Assembly (NCBI RefSeq): GCF_009557235.1
Contig: NZ_CP045650.1
Coordinates: forward strand, 2,640,001 to 2,672,000
DNA length: 32,000 bases
DNA from: Acinetobacter wanghuae
GTDB lineage: Bacteria; Pseudomonadota; Gammaproteobacteria; Pseudomonadales; Moraxellaceae
Reading direction: 5' to 3'
The translations under genes were made by a program, and so were the position numbers. Below the pieces are notes generated by a model. The model saw only the letters and a list, made by a program, of their open reading frames with translations, ran no database searches and had not been told where the DNA came from. This document shows positions 1-7,699 of the stretch, piece after piece; within the stretch, counting starts at the first letter, position 1, and the number at the start of each line of letters is the position of its first letter.

Positions 1-49
1 GCCATGGGGTGTCTAGGCTCTGCACTTTCGCTGTTGCAACAATACCCAT
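1..49 (-). CDS. 5' end of an unidentified CDS running off the left edge (MGIVATAKVQSLDTPW...)
   Basis: ATG at 47-49 (minus strand) with AAGGAG 6 nt upstream, 30 nt downstream of the pirin stop. The frame is open to position 1. Only 16 codons are visible, so no product call is made. Confidence 0.35.
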   Translation of the reverse strand, partial: MGIVATAKVQSLDTPW

Positions 50-79
50 TTGGTACTCCTTATATTTATTTTTAAATCA

Positions 80-1027
80 TTATTTTGAAGGACGCATCCC
101 ATCTGGAAATGCAGGGGCTTCCAAACGAGGTCCACTATATTCAGGAATTGAACCAAAACGTTCATGTGCTGCAACCCATTGTTCACGAGCTGTTTTCAGT
201 TCTTCTGTAGTACGACCTACAAAGTTCCACCACAATAAAATAGGACTTTCAAAAGGCTCGCCACCGAGTAATAGCACACGACTATGGGCATGAATATCAA
301 CATCTACATGCGTAAGACCCGGCTCTAAAATCACCATATTGTCTTCATCTAATGCGTGCCCATTGATACTTGCTGTTCCTTCTAGCGCCATAAAACCATA
401 TTCAAATTTAGGATTGAGCGGCAAACGAGCATGCGTGTTCTCAGCAGCAAATAGATCTACACCTAAGAGTTCGCTATGTACTTTAACGGGTGATGTGGTT
501 TTTAAATATTCACCCACCAATACCGTAAAATCAATGCCCTGCTCACTCACGATGGGCAGTTCAGGATAATGATCAAAGGCAGGCGCCATATTGATTTTAT
601 CATCAGGCAAAGCAATCCAAAGCTGTGCGGCATGCATTTTAGTTTCAGTGTCTGGCGCAACTTCGGTATGAGAAATGCCATAACCCGCAGTCATTAAATT
701 GACTTGTTTGGGACGAATGAGCTGCTCTGTACCTAAGCTATCATTGTGTAGCATGGTGCCTTCAATCATCCAGGTGAAGGTTTGCAAACCAATATGCGGA
801 TGTGGACCCACATCTAAGCCGTCGCCTTGTGGAAAGCTCACTGGACCTGCGTGATCAAGGAAACACCACGCACCAATCATCCTTTTATGACGGCTCGGTA
901 AAGCACGCTTAATGACAGTGCCTTGACCAATCTCAGCACGACGTAAAGTAAATTCTTGAATAAATTGATTTACATATTTTTTGCAGTCATCTGAGTGTGA
1001 CAGTTCAGTATCGTTATTATGCGACAT
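80..1027 (-). CDS. Pirin family (bicupin) protein
   Basis: 315-aa ORF with cupin metal-site blocks GPHPHIGLQTFTW and GISHTEV. Length and layout are typical of bacterial pirins. The antisense ORFs 9-293 and 339-569 are judged artefacts. Confidence 0.85.
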   Translation of the reverse strand: MSHNNDTELSHSDDCKKYVNQFIQEFTLRRAEIGQGTVIKRALPSRHKRMIGAWCFLDHAGPVSFPQGDGLDVGPHPHIGLQTFTWMIEGTMLHNDSLGTEQLIRPKQVNLMTAGYGISHTEVAPDTETKMHAAQLWIALPDDKINMAPAFDHYPELPIVSEQGIDFTVLVGEYLKTTSPVKVHSELLGVDLFAAENTHARLPLNPKFEYGFMALEGTASINGHALDEDNMVILEPGLTHVDVDIHAHSRVLLLGGEPFESPILLWWNFVGRTTEELKTAREQWVAAHERFGSIPEYSGPRLEAPAFPDGMRPSK

Positions 1028-1274
1028 GATATTGGCTCAAAAAGCTAAATTTAAACGATCATAACAATTCAATTTAGCAGATACAGCCTTTTCACTAGGA
1101 TTGTGCGTAATAGTTTTAGGACAATGTTTTAAGCTAATAATAAACAACTGATTTCTCTAAATTATATTACCGCCATGATTGGCTTTTAATTGTGTCTAAA
1201 AATGTACTTTATTTTAATAGATAAAACTTTTATATCTCTAATATGATCAGTAACACAGAAAAGCTCAGAAATAG

Positions 1275-1290
1275 TGTTTCACGTGAAACA
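1275..1290. promoter_or_regulatory. parS: parS centromere-like ParB-binding site (perfect 16-bp palindrome TGTTTCACGTGAAACA)
   Basis: Exact match to the widely conserved chromosomal parS consensus TGTTNCACGTGAAACA. It lies in the 427-bp divergent intergenic region between the pirin and diguanylate cyclase genes. It is the only full match I found among the CACGTG cores in the window. Confidence 0.7.
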
Positions 1291-1454
1291 GTTGAAATTT
1301 TAATGTAATTGATCAAAATCACAATGTTGATAAAAAATGAATATTGTCCGCAAAAACACAGTTACAAAATCATAATTTGTTACTTATTTAGCAATCATAT
1401 CGATAAAATCACCATTTTCAGGTAGATCATTTTTTACTCAAAAAGCACATAATT

Positions 1455-2840
1455 ATGCTTCATTTTAAAAAAATGGACAGTTCGATGTCTTCGATGGATA
1501 AACATACTTATTCCACGATGAATGCATCTCTTCAGGATGATAGAAGTAAGAATTTGCGCTTATTAAATTTAGCAGAATGTAATGCTGAAAATAGGCAACG
1601 TATTGAGCACGCCCTGCATAATCCCCATGCGCCCATTCCTGCGCAGTTTCACAATTACTTTTTAAATTTTTTATATGCGCGTCACCATTCGACATTAAAA
1701 CAATTTAATTATTTGGCTCAAATCAGCTTTTTACTGTATTTCTTTGTCGATATCCTCATTATTCCAGACATGATCTTAATCTCTGGTGCACTGCGTATTG
1801 CTATGATTTTAACCGCAATGGGCATCTGTTATTTTGCATTTAAAAACATCAAAGACATCCGCGTGCTCGATAGAATTTTACCGATTGGCACTGTGCTTTG
1901 TGCTGCAGTATGGATTTTTTTACTGGCGTTATCTCATAGCCCTTTGGTTCATCTCTATCTGTATGCATCTTCAATTTTTATATTGGTGGTGAATTTAGGC
2001 GTTAAAATCCAATTTAAATCAGCACTCTATAGCTCTATTTTTATTGGGTTGTGGATGATGATTGGGGCAAAGGTCATCATGAGCCCTTCGCAGGCTTTGG
2101 TTTTCGCTGTGGTCTCTATTCCGATTTGGTTGCTCAGCCTTTATATCAACTGGAATAATATTTTAAATTCACGTCGTTCATTTTTAAGAACATTAATGGA
2201 TGAATGGAATTACCATACTTTAAAAAATCTCGCCCATACTGACGAATTGACTCAGCTTTGCAATCGTCGTCACTTCGTCCATGTGGCGCAAAAATCGATT
2301 CGCGTTTGGCCAAGACCTGCGAGTTGTTGTTTACTTATGTTTGATGTCGATTATTTTAAAAAAATAAATGACGATTATGGGCATGATGTTGGCGATCGTG
2401 TGCTGCAAGTGATTGCCGATACCGCGCGTAAAGAAATGCGCCATAGTGATTTATTGGCACGTTTTGGCGGTGAAGAATTTATTGTTATGTTAAATGATAC
2501 GCAAATGCAGGATGCTTTGGTCATTGCAGAACGAATTCGCGGATCGATTGAAAAGCAATATTTGTATGAACGCCCCAATCGTAGTATTCAGTTCACCATT
2601 TCGGTTGGCTTGTCTGAACTTGAATCTCCTGATCAAAGCTTGGATGATCTTATTAAAAAGGCGGATATCGCACTGTATGCTGCTAAAAATAATGGACGTA
2701 ATTGTGTTCAAGTGTATGGCATTCATATGTTGGCTCAAAAGCAGCCGACATTATCCAAGTCATGGGTTTTGAAACATTCAAATCCAATGCCTTATCAACT
2801 CTCGCTATCCAATCCACAGAAGAAATGGTCTATTCTGTAA
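1455..2840 (+). CDS. Membrane-anchored diguanylate cyclase (GGDEF), paralog 1
   Basis: 461-aa ORF with an N-terminal block of about six hydrophobic helices followed by a GGDEF domain. The A-site GGEEF is intact and the I-site RHSD lies 5 residues upstream. The start is uncertain: in-frame ATGs occur at 1455, 1473, 1485, 1494 and 1518. Confidence 0.85.
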   Translation: MLHFKKMDSSMSSMDKHTYSTMNASLQDDRSKNLRLLNLAECNAENRQRIEHALHNPHAPIPAQFHNYFLNFLYARHHSTLKQFNYLAQISFLLYFFVDILIIPDMILISGALRIAMILTAMGICYFAFKNIKDIRVLDRILPIGTVLCAAVWIFLLALSHSPLVHLYLYASSIFILVVNLGVKIQFKSALYSSIFIGLWMMIGAKVIMSPSQALVFAVVSIPIWLLSLYINWNNILNSRRSFLRTLMDEWNYHTLKNLAHTDELTQLCNRRHFVHVAQKSIRVWPRPASCCLLMFDVDYFKKINDDYGHDVGDRVLQVIADTARKEMRHSDLLARFGGEEFIVMLNDTQMQDALVIAERIRGSIEKQYLYERPNRSIQFTISVGLSELESPDQSLDDLIKKADIALYAAKNNGRNCVQVYGIHMLAQKQPTLSKSWVLKHSNPMPYQLSLSNPQKKWSIL

Positions 2841-2997
2841 ACTTAAATGTTTAAATAAAGTGAAGATTCTATTCACTAAAAAATCGTTTATCTTTCATTC
2901 TTTACTTGTTAAAACAAATCAGAAAAGCATAGAATATTATTTATACAAATATAGATCTTCAATATTTTTAAAAAAATCATTTTTTTGGGAAGGCACT

Positions 2998-4242
2998 ATG
3001 CCAAATGAGTACGAAAAAGATCATCGTGCACTCATCCAAGAGGCTTTAAATGATCCTCTTGCTCGTATCCCCGAACGCCTAAAATCCTGTTATTACGAAC
3101 ATCAAAAGGCTTTAAATTTAAAATATTTGCTACAAGTGAATCTAATTGCACAATTTGCTTATGTGGTGTATACCCTTGCGGATATTTTAGTTTTAACCGA
3201 CATTCGAACCTTATTGATTGTGAGTAAGCTTGGCTTTGCAGTAGTCATGACCTTGATCACGATCTGGATTTATAACCATTATCAAAACTTACCCTTGTTC
3301 GATTTGCTGCTGCCCACTTCTATTATTGGCGCAAGTAGTATTTGGTTTTTCAATCTCAATATATCTGAAAGCCCTTATACCCTGATTTATCAATATGCAT
3401 CGTTAGTGTTTATTGTGCTTGCTAATTTATGTGTGCAAGTCCGTTTTCGCCCCTCGCTGATCACCACTAGCCTGATTACTTTAGTGATTTACACTGGGGT
3501 ATATTTCAATACCTATGGCGATGCGTATCAGATTTTACTGTTTTCGCTGATTTATATTCCTGTACTCATTTTTAGCGTGTATATCAGTTGGAATTCAACA
3601 CTAAAATCTCGCACTGTGTTTTTGCATCATTTATTAAATGATTACCATCGAAAAGCTTTTGAAAAGCTTGCCCATACAGACGCTTTAACGGGTTTAAATA
3701 ACCGACGTTATTTTGAGTCTTTAGCAACGCAGCATGTTCATGCAAATTTTGAGTCGCCAAACCCGACGACCTTATTGGTGTTCGATGTTGATCATTTCAA
3801 GCAAATTAATGACAGTTATGGGCATGATATTGGCGATCGTGTTTTACAAATGATTGCTGACGTTTCATCGAAAGAAATGCGACATAGCGATATTTTAGCG
3901 CGCTATGGTGGCGAGGAATTTATTGCTTTACTGACTGGCACAAACTCTGATGATGCGGTGAAAATTGCCGAGCGATTAAGAAAACGTATTGAAAATATTG
4001 AGGTCAACCTCACAGATGGTCGACAGTTTCATTTTACAGTTTCAATTGGGATTACCATTTTAGAGACATTTGAAACTGATCTGAATGTTCTGATTAAACA
4101 AGCGGATATCGCGTTATATCAGGCTAAAGCCAATGGGCGAAATCGTGTTGAACATTATGATCCGAGTATGGATCAATCGGCGATTCAAAATATGAAGCGT
4201 TCTTGGAATATTGAAAGTGATGTGAAGATGATTGTGGAATAG
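2998..4242 (+). CDS. Membrane-anchored diguanylate cyclase (GGDEF), paralog 2
   Basis: Same architecture as the upstream gene, with GGEEF and RHSD both present. I prefer the ATG at 2998 (GGGAAGG just upstream; MPNEYEKD...) over the track's GTG at 2860, whose extension is AT-rich low-complexity sequence. Confidence 0.85.
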   Translation: MPNEYEKDHRALIQEALNDPLARIPERLKSCYYEHQKALNLKYLLQVNLIAQFAYVVYTLADILVLTDIRTLLIVSKLGFAVVMTLITIWIYNHYQNLPLFDLLLPTSIIGASSIWFFNLNISESPYTLIYQYASLVFIVLANLCVQVRFRPSLITTSLITLVIYTGVYFNTYGDAYQILLFSLIYIPVLIFSVYISWNSTLKSRTVFLHHLLNDYHRKAFEKLAHTDALTGLNNRRYFESLATQHVHANFESPNPTTLLVFDVDHFKQINDSYGHDIGDRVLQMIADVSSKEMRHSDILARYGGEEFIALLTGTNSDDAVKIAERLRKRIENIEVNLTDGRQFHFTVSIGITILETFETDLNVLIKQADIALYQAKANGRNRVEHYDPSMDQSAIQNMKRSWNIESDVKMIVE

Positions 4243-4263
4243 AGAGCGTTCCCTCTATTCTTT
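4237..4263 (+). terminator. Hairpin overlapping the stop of diguanylate cyclase 2
   Basis: GAATAGAG(AG)-CGTT-(CC)CTCTATTC stem followed by TTT only, so the U-tract is weak. Confidence 0.4.
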
Positions 4264-4297
4264 AAACATTGTCTTGCTAGATACTAGAAATAACGAT

Positions 4298-4711
4298 TTA
4301 AGATCTAAAAATTTCATCAAAGTGAAATTCTAAATATTCTTTTTGAGCAAGAAATGGCTTAATAACTAAGTGTTGCGGTATCTTAAAAAATGATTGATCC
4401 TCTAAGGATAATTCTTTCGATAATAGAATTTCACCATCTAGTTTAAATGATATAAATCCTTGATCAAATAAACGATCGAATGTCGGTGTCAATAAAACTC
4501 CATTATATGGATCTATCCGCTCTTCTTCATTGCTTAAAGACCACGGCTTGATATGTGAGGCGATCAGAAATTTAGAATTATTAAACCCAGACACAACACA
4601 ACTTGGATTAAGTTCAAATAATGATTTTCGAAATTTGTTCTGTAATAGTCTAACTTTAATCAATCTTTCCGCTTCAGATGTAAAGTTAGAAGCTTCTTCA
4701 AAAAATTTACT
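4298..4711 (-). pseudogene. C-terminal fragment of an IS-disrupted HNH (HNH_2-type) endonuclease gene
   Basis: Part of track ORF 4298-4741. Native sequence begins at SKFFEEASNF. It carries the HNH_2-like block CVVSG...LIASHIKPW...NGVLLTPTFDRLFDQGFISF. The first 10 codons of the track ORF (4712-4741, GTG start) are IS inverted-repeat sequence. Confidence 0.8.
4704..4711. repeat. Target-site duplication AATTTACT (left copy)
   Basis: Identical 8-mer immediately abuts both IS ends (4704-4711 and 5528-5535). Confidence 0.85.
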
Positions 4712-4719
4712 GGTAGTGT

Positions 4720-5206
4720 CTAAATGTGACGTGTTAACCACCTATCTTTCATGTCTTGATTGTATTTTAATAAAAATAGATGCAAGACAGCTTCATGATT
4801 TTCTTTCTTCTTCGAAAAGCTTAAAGTTTTCCGTGTAAAACGCCCTAAGCGATTTCTTAATGTGGCATTGAAACGCTCAACATGGTTGGTTAAACCTGTA
4901 TGTTTACCTACAGAGCGATGGGTATCAGGATCAAATACCTCAGCATAACTTGACCAATAATCACTACAGGTTGCTAAATTAAAGTAGCTTGTGGGAATAC
5001 GGCAACGTAAATCTGTACACGTTTTATCATTACGCTGACCACACACATAAGCCACTACTTGGCGTGTACGATGGCAGAGTGCATCCAAGTCCAAACCTTA
5101 TGGCGACGGGCTTTTACGAAACTCCATAACTCATCAAGCTCAAGGACATCTGTTGGATGAGCATCAAGTAATTCGTCACTCAGTTTCCTGCTGTTTACTT
5201 TTTTTT
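4720..5206 (-). pseudogene. insB: IS1 insB (transposase catalytic part), apparently carrying an extra non-programmed frameshift
   Basis: The -1 frame from the A8 run encodes ...DELWSFVKARRHKVWTW and then stops at TAG 5055-5057. The rest (ALCHRTRQVVAYVCGQRND...DYWSSY...RFNATLRNRLGRFTRKTLSFSKK, track ORF 4720-5094) is in a third frame closed upstream by TAA at 5098-5100. Confidence 0.65.
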
Positions 5207-5457
5207 ATCCAGCCCATCAGTGTTTCAGGTGCAACACCGAATAGACGCTGCATGCCTCTCAAACTGCCTCGTTCAAGATAGGTACTGATAATGAGTTCTT
5301 TCTGTTCTTCGGTATATTTAATTTTGGGTTTGAGTACACTAGAGCGCCCACAATCTTTACATCTGAACTGTGCATTTCCACTTTTGTTGTGACCATTCTT
5401 ATGGATATTGGGTGATTGGCAACGGGTGCAGACATAAGTTGTCTTTTCTATGATCAT
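5176..5457 (-). CDS. insA: IS1 InsA (zinc-finger/HTH DNA-binding protein)
   Basis: 93-aa ORF with CxxC...CxxC (CTRCQ...CKDCG) followed by an HTH-like segment. It ends just past the A8 slippery run. Confidence 0.85.
   Translation of the reverse strand: MIIEKTTYVCTRCQSPNIHKNGHNKSGNAQFRCKDCGRSSVLKPKIKYTEEQKELIISTYLERGSLRGMQRLFGVAPETLMGWIKKSKQQETE
5199..5206 (-). promoter_or_regulatory. A8 slippery run: candidate programmed -1 frameshift site (insA to insAB')
   Basis: The minus strand reads GGATAAAAAAAAGT near the 3' end of insA. This position is typical of IS1-family elements. Confidence 0.6.
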
Positions 5458-5527
5458 GTTAAAGGTTTATTGCTCACACATTTTCACGTCTATTCTAAAT
5501 TAAAACACGTTGTTTTTGTACACTACC

Positions 5528-5535
5528 AATTTACT
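5528..5535. repeat. Target-site duplication AATTTACT (right copy)
   Basis: See the left copy at 4704-4711. Confidence 0.85.
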
Positions 5536-5796
5536 ATTGCTCACATCCGTTGTTTTTAAATAATTTTCATAATGTTTTAATGCAGCAGAATACATATTAT
5601 TACCAGTACGATTACGTTCTTGGTAAATTTCTAGCGAATAGATCATCAGTTTTAAAGCTTCAAACTCAATACTATTTTTAGGCACTTCATAGCTAGGCAA
5701 CCAATCTGAAATTCTGTTTCTAATTACTAAGTCATATTTTGAAGCAGTTGCATTAGATAATCTTTTTTCTTCTAAAAGCCACTTATAAAAGTCCAT
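5528..5796 (-). pseudogene. N-terminal fragment (89 native codons) of the IS-disrupted HNH endonuclease gene
   Basis: Part of track ORF 5500-5796. Native sequence runs through ...TTDVSNSK. The last 9 codons (LVVYKNNVF) and the stop are read from the IS terminal repeat. Confidence 0.8.
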
Positions 5797-5830
5797 ATAA
5801 AGCCTTAATCTTTTTAAAGTACTATATATA

Positions 5831-5857
5831 AAAAAAGAGCGCCTAAGCGCTCTTTTT
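5831..5857 (-). terminator. Rho-independent terminator, bidirectional in shape (A6-AGAGCGC-CTAA-GCGCTCT-T5)
   Basis: Perfect 7-bp GC-rich stem flanked by an A-run and a T-run. It sits between the guaA stop and the start of the HNH gene. Confidence 0.75.
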
Positions 5858-5908
5858 ATTAGAAATATTTAGGTCGCCCTAAATAGCCTCGAACATAGTT
5901 CTCGGCGT

Positions 5909-5948
5909 AAAATTGGCACGAAGCAGTGCTTCGTGAAAGCCCAATTTT
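5909..5948 (-). terminator. Composite hairpin overlapping the guaA stop codon
   Basis: AAAATTGG-CACGAAGC-AGT-GCTTCGTG-AAAGC-CCAATTTT: an inner 8-bp stem plus an outer 8-bp stem with a bulge. On the minus strand the 3' arm ends in TTTT. Confidence 0.4.
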
Positions 5949-7515
5949 ACTCCCATTCAATCGTTGCAGGTGGCTTAGACGATACGTCATAAACAACACG
6001 AGAAACTTCAGCAATTTCGTTCATGATACGAGTCGAGATTTTATCAACTAAATCATAAGGAAGATGCGCGAAACGTGCTGTCATAAAGTCAACAGTTTCA
6101 ACCGCACGAAGTGCAATCACCCATGCATAACGACGACCATCACCTACGACACCAACAGATTTCACTGGTTGGAATACAGCGAATGCTTGCGCAGTTTTGT
6201 CATACCAACCGCTTGCACGAAGTTCTTGCATGAAAATGTCATCTGCTAAACGAAGAATGTCAGCATATTCTTTTTTCACTTCACCCAAAATACGAACACC
6301 TAGACCCGGACCTGGGAATGGGTGACGGTAAAGCATCTCAAAAGGTAGACCTAAAGTCGTACCTAAACGGCGCACTTCATCTTTGAACAAGTCACGGATT
6401 GGTTCAACCAATTCAAACGCTAAATCTTCTGGTAAACCACCCACGTTGTGGTGTGATTTAATCACATGCGCTTTACCGTTTTTAGTTGCCGCAGATTCGA
6501 TCACGTCTGGGTAAATCGTACCTTGTGCAAGGAAGTTTACGCCATCAAGCTTACGTGCTTCTTCAGCAAAGACTTCGATGAACTCACGACCGATGATTTT
6601 ACGTTTTTTCTCAGGATCAACTTCACCTGCAAGTGCAGATAAGAAACGATCTTCAGCATCAGCACGAATCACACGGATACCCATGTTTTTCGCAAACATA
6701 TCCATCACTTGCTCGCCTTCGTTCAAACGAAGTAAACCGTTATCTACGAATACGCAAGTCAATTGGTCGCCAATTGCTTTATGTAAAAGTGCAGCAACCA
6801 CAGATGAATCGACACCACCTGAAAGACCGAGTAGAACTTTTTGATCACCAATTTGCGCGCGAAGTTGCTCAACACGTAAATCAATAATGTTTTCAGAGTT
6901 CCACAGGTTACGGCAACCACATACACCGTGAACGAAGTTAGATAGTAATTCAGCACCTTTAGCGGTGTGCGTTACTTCTGGGTGGAATTGAATACCGTAG
7001 AAACGACGTGCTTCATCAGACACCATTGCAAATGGACAGCTTGGTGTGCTTGCAGTCACTTGGAAGCCTTCAGGTAAGGCAGTCACTTTATCGCCATGAC
7101 TCATCCAAACTTTAAGCTTGTCTTTAGTATCTTCAAGATCACCGATCAATTTATCGCGAACTTGAATATCCACTTCTGCATAACCAAACTCATGCACATC
7201 ACCTGGCTCTACTTTACCGCCAAGTTGCTGCGACATGGTTTGTAGGCCATAGCAAATACCAAGAACAGGTACACCTAGGTTGAAGACAACTTCAGGCGCA
7301 CGTGGACTACCCGCTTCATAAACACTTTCTGGACCACCTGAAAGAATGATCCCGTTTGGGTTAAATGCACGAATGTCTTCTTCAGACATATCGTAAGCGT
7401 ACATTTCTGAATAAACACCAGCTTCACGTACACGACGTGCAATAAGCTGGCTATATTGAGAACCGAAATCCAAAATAAGGATACGGTCTTCAGTAATTTG
7501 GGTATTGGTAGTCAT
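5947..7515 (-). CDS. guaA: GMP synthase (glutamine-hydrolysing)
   Basis: Near full-length colinearity with GuaA: [28 protein letters not shown], and the C-terminal end [10 protein letters not shown] prefer the ATG at 7513-7515 (MTTNTQ...); the track's start at 7524 is a TTG three codons upstream. Confidence 0.95.
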   Translation of the reverse strand: MTTNTQITEDRILILDFGSQYSQLIARRVREAGVYSEMYAYDMSEEDIRAFNPNGIILSGGPESVYEAGSPRAPEVVFNLGVPVLGICYGLQTMSQQLGGKVEPGDVHEFGYAEVDIQVRDKLIGDLEDTKDKLKVWMSHGDKVTALPEGFQVTASTPSCPFAMVSDEARRFYGIQFHPEVTHTAKGAELLSNFVHGVCGCRNLWNSENIIDLRVEQLRAQIGDQKVLLGLSGGVDSSVVAALLHKAIGDQLTCVFVDNGLLRLNEGEQVMDMFAKNMGIRVIRADAEDRFLSALAGEVDPEKKRKIIGREFIEVFAEEARKLDGVNFLAQGTIYPDVIESAATKNGKAHVIKSHHNVGGLPEDLAFELVEPIRDLFKDEVRRLGTTLGLPFEMLYRHPFPGPGLGVRILGEVKKEYADILRLADDIFMQELRASGWYDKTAQAFAVFQPVKSVGVVGDGRRYAWVIALRAVETVDFMTARFAHLPYDLVDKISTRIMNEIAEVSRVVYDVSSKPPATIEWE

Positions 7516-7654
7516 GGTAAACAACTATGAAAGGCAAACGAATATAAGCGCGCTATTCTACCATTTTTCACAGCATTACGCACACTATTCAAACATGTAT
7601 GAAATATAAGCAATTTCTGAATTTAGCCACTGAATTGCAAGATAATTTAGCAAC

Positions 7655-7680
7655 AAAAAAAGGGATACATGATCCCTTTC
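7655..7680 (-). terminator. Rho-independent terminator after the ygiW-like gene
   Basis: The minus strand reads AGGGAT-CATGT-ATCCCT followed by T7. Confidence 0.75.
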
Positions 7681-7699
7681 TTGTATAAACATCATTGAA

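Larger units (their letters stand above)
4712..5527 (-). mobile_element. IS1-family insertion sequence, 816 bp
   Basis: Terminal inverted repeats both begin GGTAGTG and match at 18/24 positions (4712-4735 versus the reverse complement of 5504-5527). There is an 8-bp direct repeat. The element has insA plus insB with an A8 slippery run. The insB stop lies inside the terminal repeat, as in IS1. Confidence 0.88.

Noticed and set aside
9-569. Plus-strand ORFs 9-293 and 339-569.
   Set aside because: They are antisense shadows inside the pirin gene, with no motifs or ribosome-binding sites.
2860-2997. GTG-initiated 46-codon N-terminal extension of the second diguanylate cyclase.
   Set aside because: The segment is AT-rich and low-complexity, with no counterpart in the paralog. 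The ATG at 2998 has a purine-rich Shine-Dalgarno-like GGGAAGG upstream.
5797-5946. Integrase, att repeat or other hallmark of a guaA-targeting genomic island.
   Set aside because: There is no integrase gene. I could find no duplicated copy of the guaA 3' end near the other islet border (4263-4297). The islet is only one gene plus an IS.
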